Shown piece after piece: positions 18,402 to 27,538 of a stretch of 64,000 nt of DNA. The DNA is taken from the NCBI GenBank assembly GCA_963768855.1, contig CAVYJM010000006.1, positions 448,001 to 512,000 on the forward strand. The letters are read 5' to 3'. The stretch's first letter is position 1; every line of letters starts with the position of its first letter. The DNA comes from an uncultured Thermoplasmata archaeon. Its GTDB lineage: Archaea; Thermoplasmatota; Thermoplasmata; RBG-16-68-12. The notes under the pieces were generated by a model. The model had not been told where the DNA came from. It saw nothing but the letters and a program-made list of their open reading frames with translations, and ran no database searches. Made by a program: the position numbers and the translations under genes.

Positions 18402-18563
18402 ATGGACGGCTAGCGTACCTAGGTCGCCGGCCCAAGCCCCGGTCAGGCCGGGGCGGGCTTCCCACGGGCTCGCGCACCGTAGTACCGCAGGGAACGTGGG
18501 CGGGCTTAACTTCCGGGTTCGGGATGGGACCGGGTGTATCCCCGCCGCTTTGGCCGTCAAACC
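18402..18563 (-). rRNA. rrf: 5S rRNA, stand-alone, with a 36-nt expansion segment
   Basis: Conserved CCCGGTCCCATCCCGAACCCGGAAGTTAAGCCCGCC core, helix I GACGGC/GCCGTC, loop E GGTAC/GGGAA; about 160 nt instead of about 122; ends approximate. Confidence 0.95.
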
Positions 18564-18609
18564 ACTGCTGACGACGCCCAGAGTAAACGCGCTATATCAG
18601 GGTTTTGGT

Positions 18610-19566
18610 CTATGGGTGCGGCAGGACGGCCGTCAGGAAGCCGAGCATCACGTTCCCGACGAAGAACGCGAGGAGGAACCCCGCGAACAGGGGCACGAGG
18701 AACGGGACCTTGGGCTGGACCCACACCCGGTCCGCGCCGGCCGCCCGCAGCTTCGCGACCTCCTCGGACTCGTCCTTCGCGCGGGAGGGGAAGAGAACCG
18801 TCACCCGCTCCCCGTGGCGGTCCACGCGCTCCATGAGCCAGACGTGGGGTGGGAGATGGTCCAGGGGCGCCTTGGTCCCGAACAGCGCCTGCGGGAGCTC
18901 GAAGTCACCCCGGATCGCATTCACGAGCAGATACGCCACGGGGATGGCGAGGAAGAGGACCGCGGCGTTGACGAACACAACCAGGGAGAAGGGGAACAGG
19001 GTCCCCATGGCGTTCGCGACGTTCGAGGGCAGGACGAGGACCGGGAAGGGTGCCAGGTCCGGATAGTAGGGCACGAGCAGGGTTAGGGCCATCATCGCCT
19101 TCGTATCCGCTCCACCCCGGAGCAGGCCCAGTTGGAAGAATCCTTGGTAGACGACGAGCAGGACGGGCATGGATGCCAAGGCCGACAACGGAATCGTTCG
19201 ACTTGGGAGGCCGGCATGCGGGAGGAAGGGGAGTGGGTTCTCCGGGAGCAGCAGCGCCACGACGAAGGAGACGGTCGCGACGCCCAGGACGAGGACCCGG
19301 ACGGGCCGGAGATGGATCCCGTCCTCGTCGAGGATGGGCTTCCCGTAGAACACGGCGAAGAACAGGATGGCCGCAGAGCCCAGCAGAAGCCACCGGTTCA
19401 GACCCGCTTCCATCGCCACGAGGTCGACGGCGAGGACCGCGAGCCCCACGCTCCCGAGCGCGATCCAGACCGGATCCCGGACCCGACGTGTGCGCACGTC
19501 GAGCACCGCCGCGATGGCGAGGAACCCCGCGCCCACGACGAGGCGTGCGACGGAGAACGCGTCCAC
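18610..19566 (-). CDS. A24 family prepilin/preflagellin peptidase (FlaK/PibD-like)
   Basis: AVLDVRTRRV (first Asp), GGADTKAMM (second Asp), C-terminal WVQPKVPFLVPL. Confidence 0.9.
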   Translation of the reverse strand: MDAFSVARLVVGAGFLAIAAVLDVRTRRVRDPVWIALGSVGLAVLAVDLVAMEAGLNRWLLLGSAAILFFAVFYGKPILDEDGIHLRPVRVLVLGVATVSFVVALLLPENPLPFLPHAGLPSRTIPLSALASMPVLLVVYQGFFQLGLLRGGADTKAMMALTLLVPYYPDLAPFPVLVLPSNVANAMGTLFPFSLVVFVNAAVLFLAIPVAYLLVNAIRGDFELPQALFGTKAPLDHLPPHVWLMERVDRHGERVTVLFPSRAKDESEEVAKLRAAGADRVWVQPKVPFLVPLFAGFLLAFFVGNVMLGFLTAVLPHP

Positions 19567-19779
19567 GCGCGCGCATCGGGCGCTCCTTATTTCAAGCGTT
19601 CGACTCGAGAATCTGGCGCGGGGTCGAAGTGATCGTGAAAGCGCGTCCGCTTCGCCTCGTCCCGCGCGGCTGGCATGAGGTCCATCCTCGCGATTCAGTC
19701 GCAAACGACTAAATACCGCCTGTCGAATTGCATCCCGCATCGGGAGGAATCGCGCGGTCCTCCCTGCGGTCCCACTGCC

Positions 19780-20331
19780 ATGAGCGAGCCCCGACGGATG
19801 AAGGTGAAGATCTGCCTCGTCGGCGAGCACGCCGTCGGCAAGACGTCCCTCATCAAGCGGTACGTCCTGAACGAGTACGACGACCGGTACATCGTCACCC
19901 TCGGAGCGAAGGTCTCCAAGAAGGAGATGCTCCTGCAGCCGAAGGGCCGCGACGCCGTCCAGATGGACATGACGATCTGGGACATCATGGGTTCCAAGGG
20001 CTTCCGCGAGCTCCTGCGGGAGGCCTATTTCCACGGCGCCCAGGGAATCCTGGCCGTCGCGGACATCACGCGCTACGACACCCTGGAGGACCTCGACTCG
20101 TGGGTCGAGTCCGTCTTCCGCACGGTCGGGGAGATCCCCGTCGTCTTCACGATCAACAAGATGGACCTGAAGGACCAGGCCGCGTTCAGCGAGGAGCAGG
20201 TCAAGCAGGCCACGGAGGCCTTCGACGCCCCGTACTTCTACGCGTCCGCGAAGACGGGCGAGAATGTGGAGTCCGTGTTCCGCATCCTCGGCGAGACGAT
20301 CGTCAAGGGCGGTCCGTCGGCCGAGGACTGA
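19780..20331 (+). CDS. Rab/Roc-like small GTPase (second paralog)
   Basis: GEHAVGKTS, YIVTLG, WDIMGS, NKMD, SAK. Confidence 0.92.
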   Translation: MSEPRRMKVKICLVGEHAVGKTSLIKRYVLNEYDDRYIVTLGAKVSKKEMLLQPKGRDAVQMDMTIWDIMGSKGFRELLREAYFHGAQGILAVADITRYDTLEDLDSWVESVFRTVGEIPVVFTINKMDLKDQAAFSEEQVKQATEAFDAPYFYASAKTGENVESVFRILGETIVKGGPSAED

Positions 20332-20373
20332 GGCGTTCCATAGCCTCAAGTATCCGCCGCAAATTCTCCGGGC

Positions 20374-22680
20374 GTGGCTTCTGCACCCCGGGACGCCGGC
20401 CCGGTCCGCGTGCGCGTCACCCGTGACCTGGGGCTCTTCGATGTCACGATGGCCGCGGTCGGCGGCATGGTGGGCGCCGCGGCGTTCCTCCTAATCGGGG
20501 CGACGTTCCAGGTCGCGGGAGAGTGGTCCTTCGCGAGCGTGGGGGTCGCCGCCCTCGTGGCCCTTTTCGCCGGGATGGCCTACGGCGAGCTGGCCTCCGG
20601 GCGGCCCGATGCCTCGGGGGGCGCGTACGTCTGGGTGAAGTCCGCGCTGCCCCCGCCGAGCGGCTTCTTGAGCGGTTGGCTCTCGTGGAGCGGCGCGATG
20701 GCCACGGCCTCCCTCAGCGCCCTGGGCCTCGGCCTCTTCCTCCTGGAGCTCCTCGCTCCCGGCGACGCCTACTTCACCTCGAGCCCCGCGGCCGCTCCTG
20801 CCGTGGGGGCGATCGTGCTCGTCCTGGCGGCGGCGAGTCAGGTGGCCCGGGTGCACCTCTCCGCCCGGGCGCTCGGGCGGGTGACCTTCGCCAAGGTCGT
20901 GCTCATCGTGATCCTCCTCGGGGTCGGCCTGGCGGTCTTCCTGCCCGGAGGCACGTCGGGCCTCCCCGTAGCGGGCGGCGCGTCGCCCGGGGTCCTCGGG
21001 GTCATCCTGGGCGCGGGCATCTTCTTCATCGCGTTCCAGGGCTTTGAGACGGTCGCGCAGCTGTCGGACCAGGCGAAGCTCCCGGAGCGGACGGTCCCGC
21101 GCGGGATCTTCCTCGCGGTGGCCCTGTCCCTGAGTGTCTACCTCCTGTTCTTCCTGGTCGTTCTCGGCAACGCTCCCTCAGGCTACCTGAGCGGATGGCC
21201 CGCGTGCACGGCCTGCAGCGGCGCCTCGGAGGACCTGTTCTTCGCCGCCCTGGCCAACTTCGCGGCCGGCCAGCCGTGGATCCGCGTGGCCCTGCTCCTC
21301 CTCGGCATCGTCTCGATGTACGCCGCGCTCAACGCGAGCATCACGTCCGCGGTGCGCACCTCGTTCAGCATGGCCCGCGACGGCCTGCTGCCCGCCGTCG
21401 TCGCCCGGGTCGGGCCGCGGGAGGCGCCGCCTCTCGCGCTGATCCTCACCGCGGCCGGCGCGGGTGTCCTACTCATCCTGAACATCGAGACAATCGCGAT
21501 CCTGGCGGGCCTCTCCTTCCTGGGCCTCTTCTCCTTCGTCCACGGCTCCGTCGTCGCGCTCCGACGGAGGGAACGCCGGAGCCACCCGGGCTTCCGGATG
21601 CCGCTCGTGCCCGCCCTGCCCATCCTCGCCGTCGCGATCAACCTGGCCGTCGGGGCGCTCCTCGTGAACTACCCGGCGACGGGAGGCTCGATCGTCCCGC
21701 TCCCGACTGGCGACGTCGCGACCTACGTCGGTGCCCTATGGGTCGCGATGGGCCTCATCTATCACTACTTCGCCGGGGGTCGCCAGAGCCTCCGGACCCG
21801 CCCCACTCCGTCCCGCTCCGACGTGACGACGGTCCTCACGACGGCGGAGGACCACGTTGAGCTCGAACGGTACCGCGTCTTCCTGCCGCTCCGGGAGTTC
21901 GAGGACACGGAGCTCGTCGACTTCGGCGCGCGGGTGGCCCGTGCGCGGAACGGGGAGCTGAGCCTCCTGAACGTGGTCGAGATCCCCCGCAACCTTCCGC
22001 CGAAGGCGATCCGCTTCCGCTACGTCGATGACCGCATCCGAGGGCTCCAGCATCTCGCGAAGATCGGCGCGGACTACGGGGTCGACACCCGCCCCGTCGT
22101 GAAGATCGGATACAAGGTGTACGAGATCATCCTGGACACGATCCGCGAGGAGGCGGTGAACCTCCTCGTCATGGGATGGCGCGGGGAGCGGCTCGAGGGG
22201 GACCGCCGGATCCTCGGCAGCAACATCGACTACCTGATCGAGAACGCCCCGTGCGACATCGTCGTGTTCCGGACCAAGGGCCTCCAGCGCCCCCTGAAGC
22301 GGATCGTCCTCCTGACGTCACCCATCTGGAGCATTCGGGGGATCGGGGACCTCGCCTTGATCCTGGCCGAGGAGGACCGGCCCACGGTCGAGGTCGTGAG
22401 CCTCGTCAGCGAAGCGAGCGAGGCGGATCGCGTGAAGGCCGAGGCGATGTCCTTCCTCGACAAGTGCCACCAGATCGGGATCTCGGTCGATCACCGCATC
22501 CTGTACTCGCGCGCGTGGGAGCCCGTGGCGATCCAGGAGTCCTCCGAGGCGTCCCTCCTCCTGATCCAGGCCTCCTCGCCCGCCGGACTGCGGCGGTACT
22601 CCCTGAGTCCGGTCGAGGACCGCATCGTCAAGCTCGCAAAATGTCCGGTGCTGATCCTCCGGAAGGGCAGCACGCCCTAG
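20374..22680 (+). CDS. APC-family amino-acid permease fused to universal-stress (USP) domains
   Basis: About 12 TM APC core (GGMVG, FIAFQGFE) followed by USP-like region (IKIG..V.EIILD..EE.VNLLVMG..ILGSNIDYLIENAPCDI). Confidence 0.88.
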   Translation: MASAPRDAGPVRVRVTRDLGLFDVTMAAVGGMVGAAAFLLIGATFQVAGEWSFASVGVAALVALFAGMAYGELASGRPDASGGAYVWVKSALPPPSGFLSGWLSWSGAMATASLSALGLGLFLLELLAPGDAYFTSSPAAAPAVGAIVLVLAAASQVARVHLSARALGRVTFAKVVLIVILLGVGLAVFLPGGTSGLPVAGGASPGVLGVILGAGIFFIAFQGFETVAQLSDQAKLPERTVPRGIFLAVALSLSVYLLFFLVVLGNAPSGYLSGWPACTACSGASEDLFFAALANFAAGQPWIRVALLLLGIVSMYAALNASITSAVRTSFSMARDGLLPAVVARVGPREAPPLALILTAAGAGVLLILNIETIAILAGLSFLGLFSFVHGSVVALRRRERRSHPGFRMPLVPALPILAVAINLAVGALLVNYPATGGSIVPLPTGDVATYVGALWVAMGLIYHYFAGGRQSLRTRPTPSRSDVTTVLTTAEDHVELERYRVFLPLREFEDTELVDFGARVARARNGELSLLNVVEIPRNLPPKAIRFRYVDDRIRGLQHLAKIGADYGVDTRPVVKIGYKVYEIILDTIREEAVNLLVMGWRGERLEGDRRILGSNIDYLIENAPCDIVVFRTKGLQRPLKRIVLLTSPIWSIRGIGDLALILAEEDRPTVEVVSLVSEASEADRVKAEAMSFLDKCHQIGISVDHRILYSRAWEPVAIQESSEASLLLIQASSPAGLRRYSLSPVEDRIVKLAKCPVLILRKGSTP

Positions 22681-24034
22681 GCGGCGAGGTCCGCGCCGGG
22701 CGGCCGGATGCCGGCGCCGGCGAAGAGGTCTTGGATGTGGAAGACCAGGGCCGACTTGATCTCCTTCATCCGTTCGGGCTGGTCCGTGTACGCGAACAGC
22801 TGGTAGAGGATTGTTCGCCCCTGGAGCTCCTTGCCGAAGACCTCGGCGGGTCGCTCCTTGACGATGCCCTCCGTCTCCGAGGCAGCCTGGAGGAGCAGCT
22901 GCTGCACGCGGTCATGGCCGACCTCGAATCCGACGGCCACTTCGACGAAGATGGCGTAGGGTTTCGAGCGGGAGAAATTGACAATCGAGGTCTGGAGGAG
23001 GGTCGTGTTCGGGATCTGGACGACCTCGTTGCGCAGGGTGCGGACAGAGGTCAGGGAGAGGCTCATGGAGACCACGTCCCCGACGAGGTTCTCGCCGATC
23101 TTCACCCGGTTCCCGACGTCGAACGGGTCGGCCCGCATGAGCGTGAACCCTGCGAGAGCGTTCTGGACCGGGGCGAAGCCGAACAACGCCAGGACGATCA
23201 TGAGCCCCACGAAGCCGACGGCGAAGACGATTAGCCTGTCTCCCGAGAGCACGAGGGCCAGGATGATGAAGAGAAGGACGACCGCGCCGAGGATCCACAC
23301 CGCGTACCGCGCGGCGCTCTTCAGCTCGTCCACGGCGCGCGGGACGAACTTCGTGCTGTGCCGCTTCATGTCCTCGAAGATCGAGTCGACGAAGCGGTCG
23401 GCGACGGCGATGCCGAGGAGCCCGAACAGGATCCCGAGGACCGCGAGCGGCTCGATCCCCGGGATCACGCCGACCGTCTGCTGGATGTACGTCTGGTCGG
23501 CGGGCGGGAGGGCGCGCAGGCTCCCGAGGACGGCGATGACGAGCGAGACGATGTAGACGACGTACTTCAGGACGATCTCGGCGAAGGCCAGGGCGCCCGC
23601 GGGGCGACCCGCTTCGGCTTTGTCTTCAGCTCCCCTCGGAGGAACGCTCCGAACCGATGGAGCACCCGCACCACGATGGCCCCCGCGAAGAGCACGAAGA
23701 CGAACACGAAGATCGCGGGGACCCGGAGCACGAAGGCCACCAGGACCGCGTGCAGCGCGTCCGACTGGGTCTGAGCGGCGGCGAGGATGATGATCGCGAT
23801 GAAGGCGATCCACACGCTCTCGAGGACGCGCCGGACGAAGTCGAGCGTCTTCTGGTCGAGCCAGGCGTTCTCGATCGTCTTCAGGTACTCGAAGTAGCGG
23901 CCCACGAGCCCGAGGACCCACATCATGACGCCCGCGAGGACGACGATGAGCACGATGAGCGGCAGGATGTTGATGAAGACGGACAACGCGTCGCCCCCGA
24001 GCTGGAACGGGAAGACGGTCAAAAGCGGCTCCAC
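22677..24034 (-). CDS. mscS: MscS-family mechanosensitive channel, one apparent frameshift at 23601-23604
   Basis: N-part in ORF 23567..24034, C-part (PFDVGNRVKIG, IPNTTLL, IVNFSR) in ORF 22677..24044. Adding one C to the C4 run joins them as ..KRVAP-AGALAF.. (452 aa). Confidence 0.85.
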
Positions 24035-24129
24035 ACCGCGGCAACCAGACGGCGCCGATATAGCTTTGATGGCGGGCCTTGAAATAGGTCGCCCCTCGGG
24101 TTTATACCCGCCTGCGAATTCCCGTCGCC

Positions 24130-25026
24130 ATGGCCTCGGGCGACATCACGAGATCGCCGCCGCCGTTCCCGCGATTCGCCCTGCAGTGGCGCGTCGCCTT
24201 TGCCCTTGCCGCGGTGCTCATCGTCGCGGGCCTCGCCTTCTCCGTCCAGTCGCAGACGGCCTCGTCGATCCTCCTCGCGACCACGACGAGCACCCGCGAC
24301 ACCGGACTCCTCGACTTCCTCGACCCGCTGTTCCAGGCGGACACGGGCATCCAGGTGCAGTACGTCGCGGTGGGCACGGGTCAGGCGCTCGACATGGCGG
24401 CCCGCGGCGACGCGGATGTCGCCATGGTCCACGCTCCGTCCCTCGAGCTCACCTTCATGGCGCAGGGGGAGGGCCTCTGCCGGAGTTCCCTCATGTACAA
24501 CCGCTTCCTGATTGTTGGACCCGCATCCGATCCGGCGGGCATCCGGGGGCTCACGAACGCCACGGACGCCTTCCGGCGGATCTGGCAGACGAACTCGACC
24601 TTCCTCTCCCGCGGGGACAACTCCGGCACGAACGTCAAGGAGCTCGCGATCTGGGCCCTCGTCGGCCACATCCCCTCGACGACGAACGACTCGTGGTACC
24701 TGGAGACGGGCCAGGGGATGGGCGCGACGCTCACCGTGGCGTCGGAGAAAGGTGCCTACACGCTGAGCGACGACGGAACGTTCTACGCCCTTGAATCCTC
24801 GCTGAGTCTACAGATTCTGGTGGCAGGAGACCCGTTCCTGTTTAACCAGTACCACATCATCGTGGTGAACCCCGTCCAGCATCCGAACGTCCGAGTGAAC
24901 GCTTCACTTGAATACGCGCACTGGCTCGTTTCTCCACGGGGGCAAGCCCTCATCGCCGGCTACGAGGTCGCAGGGCACCGCCTCTTCACGCCGAACTACA
25001 ACCCGAACGATTCCGGGGTGTGCTGA
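24130..25026 (+). CDS. tupA: Tungstate ABC transporter substrate-binding protein
   Basis: LATTTSTRDTGLLD, VGTGQAL, SRGDNSGT, GQGMGATL, LSDDGTF motifs. Confidence 0.92.
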   Translation: MASGDITRSPPPFPRFALQWRVAFALAAVLIVAGLAFSVQSQTASSILLATTTSTRDTGLLDFLDPLFQADTGIQVQYVAVGTGQALDMAARGDADVAMVHAPSLELTFMAQGEGLCRSSLMYNRFLIVGPASDPAGIRGLTNATDAFRRIWQTNSTFLSRGDNSGTNVKELAIWALVGHIPSTTNDSWYLETGQGMGATLTVASEKGAYTLSDDGTFYALESSLSLQILVAGDPFLFNQYHIIVVNPVQHPNVRVNASLEYAHWLVSPRGQALIAGYEVAGHRLFTPNYNPNDSGVC

Positions 25027-25674
25027 CTGGACTGGAACGCGTTGCTGCAGATTGTCGCCCTGAGCCTCTTCGTGGCCGGCACCTCCACCCTGATCGGGGC
25101 CGTGCTCGGCGTGCCCCTGGGTACGATGATCGCCCTCCGCAGGTTCCGAGGGCGGAACTTCGTCCGGACGCTCGCGTTCACCTTCTACGGCTTCCCGCCC
25201 GTGCTCGCGGGCCTCCTCGTCTACCTCGTCCTGTCGCACTCCGGGCCGCTCGGATTCCTGGGGTGGCTCTACACGCCTCTCGGGATGATCCTCGCCCAGG
25301 CCGTCCTCGTCGTGCCGATCGTGGCGGGCGTGACGATCTCCGCGGTCCAGGTGGTCGAGAAGCGGCTCCATGAGACGGCCCTGACCCTCGGGGCGGACGA
25401 GCGCCAGTGGCGGTCCACCGCGGTCCACGAGGCGCGGCTCGGGGTGCTGACCGCGATCATGGTCGGATTCGGGCGCGCAATCTCTGAGGTCGGCGCCGTG
25501 CTCATCGTGGGCGGGAACATCGCGGGGCAGACCCGCGTCCTGACAACCGCGATCGTCCTCGACACCTCGGAGGCGAACTACCTCGAGGCGACGGTGCTCG
25601 GGATCATCCTGTTCGTGATCGCCTTCATCGTGTTCGCCGCGCTCCAGCGGCTGCAGGCGGAGGGGGTCGTGTGA
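25027..25674 (+). CDS. tupB: Tungstate ABC transporter permease
   Basis: FGRAISEVGAVLIVGGNI..TRVLTTAIVL. Start uncertain: CTG at 25027 (behind GGGGTG) or TTG at 25042. Confidence 0.9.
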   Translation: MDWNALLQIVALSLFVAGTSTLIGAVLGVPLGTMIALRRFRGRNFVRTLAFTFYGFPPVLAGLLVYLVLSHSGPLGFLGWLYTPLGMILAQAVLVVPIVAGVTISAVQVVEKRLHETALTLGADERQWRSTAVHEARLGVLTAIMVGFGRAISEVGAVLIVGGNIAGQTRVLTTAIVLDTSEANYLEATVLGIILFVIAFIVFAALQRLQAEGVV

Positions 25675-26405
25675 CGGTCCCCCTGGCCCTCGCCGGGGTC
25701 CGGAAGTCCTTCGCCGGGAAGGCGGTGCTGAAGGACCTCGATCTCCGCGTCGAGGCGGGAGAGATCTTCGGGGTCGTCGGGCCGAGCGGGGCAGGGAAGA
25801 CGACGGTCCTGCGTGTCCTCGATCTCCTCGAGGCTCCGGACGGAGGGCAGGTGCTCTTCGAGGACCGGGCGCTCGTTCCGGATTCGCGGGAGGCGCTCGC
25901 CCAGCGGCGACGCATGTGCCTGATCGCGCAGAACCCCTCCGTCTTCCGGGCGAGCGTGTTCGACAACGTCGCGTACGGCCTCCGGTTGAGGGGGGTCCCG
26001 CCCGAACTCGTCCGAGGCCGCGTCTTCTCCGCCCTGGAGTTTGTGGGCCTGCTCGACCGCGCGGACGAGGTCGCGGCCCGCCTCAGCGGCGGCGAGCAGC
26101 AGCGGGTCGCGTTCGCCCGGGCCACCGTGCTCCGGCCTGACGTCCTCCTCCTCGACGAATTCACCTCGAACCTCGACCCCGCGAACGTCCGGCTGCTCGA
26201 GTCGGCGACCCGGCGGTACCGCCTGGAGAGCGGCTGCACCGTCGTAATCGTGACGCACAACTTGTTCCAGGCCAAGCGGCTTGCCGATCGGGTGGGGCTC
26301 CTCTTGGACGGGAAGTTCCTCGAGGTGGCACCCACCCACGGATTCTTCGAAAACCCCTCGCGCCCCGAGACGCAGGCGTTCCTGAGCGGGGAGATGGCGT
26401 ACTGA
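25671..26405 (+). CDS. tupC: Tungstate ABC transporter ATPase
   Basis: GPSGAGKTT, LSGGEQQR, LLLDEFTSNLD. Confidence 0.9.
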   Translation: MTVPLALAGVRKSFAGKAVLKDLDLRVEAGEIFGVVGPSGAGKTTVLRVLDLLEAPDGGQVLFEDRALVPDSREALAQRRRMCLIAQNPSVFRASVFDNVAYGLRLRGVPPELVRGRVFSALEFVGLLDRADEVAARLSGGEQQRVAFARATVLRPDVLLLDEFTSNLDPANVRLLESATRRYRLESGCTVVIVTHNLFQAKRLADRVGLLLDGKFLEVAPTHGFFENPSRPETQAFLSGEMAY

Positions 26406-26408
26406 GCC

Positions 26409-26669
26409 TCAGATCAGGGTGACGTCGATCGCCTCGACGCTGCCGACCCCAGGGATCCCGGACAGCGCGCTCTCGATCTTCTCCCCTGCGCCGGAGGCGT
26501 CGTCCACGACGGCCAGGGCGAGGATCGCGCGGAGTCCGAAGGCCACATCCTTCACCTGCATCCCCTTCAGGGCGGGCCCGACCGCCTTTCGGATCCCCTC
26601 GCGGATGGGCTCCAGGTCTGTGGACACGTCCTCGGGCATGATGCGGTAGGTGATCGCGACGGATCCCAT
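26409..26669 (-). CDS. ef1b: Translation elongation factor 1-beta
   Basis: IMPEDVSTDL...DVAFGLRAI...IPGVGSVEAIDVTLI; conserved pairing with the upstream Zn finger gene. Confidence 0.95.
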   Translation of the reverse strand: MGSVAITYRIMPEDVSTDLEPIREGIRKAVGPALKGMQVKDVAFGLRAILALAVVDDASGAGEKIESALSGIPGVGSVEAIDVTLI

Positions 26670-26678
26670 GGGACTCCC

Positions 26679-26849
26679 TCACGGGCCGACGAAGCTGCAG
26701 GTGGGGCAGTGATACGCGACGGACTGGTCGCGGCAGCGGGTGCAGCGGCCGATCTTGGTCTGGCCGCAGCTCGGGCAGGGGAACATCGTCGTGCCCTTGC
26801 CCAGCAGGACCGCGCCGCAGGAGGTGCAGCGGCTCTCCTCAGGGCTCAC
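26679..26849 (-). CDS. Small zinc-finger protein (HVO_2753/COG2888 family)
   Basis: CTSCG..FPCPSCG..IGRCTRCR..YHCPTCSFVGP; GTG start at 26849. Confidence 0.92.
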   Translation of the reverse strand: MSPEESRCTSCGAVLLGKGTTMFPCPSCGQTKIGRCTRCRDQSVAYHCPTCSFVGP

Positions 26850-27060
26850 GTCGCCTCGGAAGCAACGGGGTCTATAAAACGTTGTGGTCGCCCTCGAGTG
26901 GCCCGATTTCCATTCGCGGACATGGATAATTATCGACGGTCCGTCCGGACGGTCAAAAGCCGGACGGGCCGGGCCGCCGGGGTTCAACCTCCGACCGCCG
27001 CAAAGTTTAACTACACCCGCGGTTTTGGCAACGGTCCGCATGTCGCCGCCGCTAGCCCGA

Positions 27061-27224
27061 GGGCCCGTAGCTCAGCTAGGTAGGATGGCGATCCAGCCGT
27101 CCCTAGAAAGAGCATCCGGCTTTTAACCGCTTTTCGTCAAGAAGAGCGGAAAGAAACCGGGTGGTCCGGGGTTCGAACGGGCCCCGCGGCCCGCGCCGGG
27201 TCCCCGAAAATCCCCGCGGGCCCG
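27061..27224 (+). tRNA. tRNA-Lys(TTT) with three introns (27082-27108, 27126-27155, 27178-27210)
   Basis: Removing the three segments gives a perfect 74-nt cloverleaf GGGCCCGTAGCTCAGCTAGGTAGAGCATCCGGCTTTTAACCGGGTGGTCCGGGGTTCGAATCCCCGCGGGCCCG; each intron has a 4-bp central helix and two 3-nt bulges. Confidence 0.95.
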
Positions 27225-27283
27225 TAGGGCTCCCGCGCGCGTGACATGCCAGGTCGAGAGAGGTCGCCCAGGGAGGAACCCCG

Positions 27284-27535
27284 TTGAGGTTCAATGTGCT
27301 GGAGCACCAGCTTGTACCAGAGCACCGCCTCGTCGCGGAGGAAGAGGCAGTGGAAGTCCTGAAGAAACTCCGGATCACGAAGGACCAGCTCCCCAAGATC
27401 CACCGGAGCGATCCCGTGATCCAGGTCCTCGAGCGAATCGAGGGCCCGATCGAGGAAGGGCGGATCATCAAGGTCACCCGCATGAGCGGGACCGCCGGAG
27501 TGTCCGTAGCGTATCGGTTGGTCATCGGGAGGTAG
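27284..27535 (+). CDS. rpoH: RNA polymerase subunit H (Rpo5)
   Basis: FNVLEHQLVPEH, LPKIHRSDPV, YRLVI; TTG start behind GGAGG. Confidence 0.97.
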   Translation: MRFNVLEHQLVPEHRLVAEEEAVEVLKKLRITKDQLPKIHRSDPVIQVLERIEGPIEEGRIIKVTRMSGTAGVSVAYRLVIGR

Positions 27536-27538
27536 AGC

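Noticed and set aside
23601-23604. Programmed frameshift or pseudogene in mscS
   Set aside because: One missing base in a short homopolymer restores a full 452-aa protein with no other lesions and no slippery heptamer; typical consensus error.
26920-27000. Extra tRNA fragment or split-tRNA half upstream of tRNA-Lys (GGGGTTCAACCTCC)
   Set aside because: The T-arm-like stem does not close properly and no matching half or leader complementarity was found; short palindromes here are more likely promoter-region elements.
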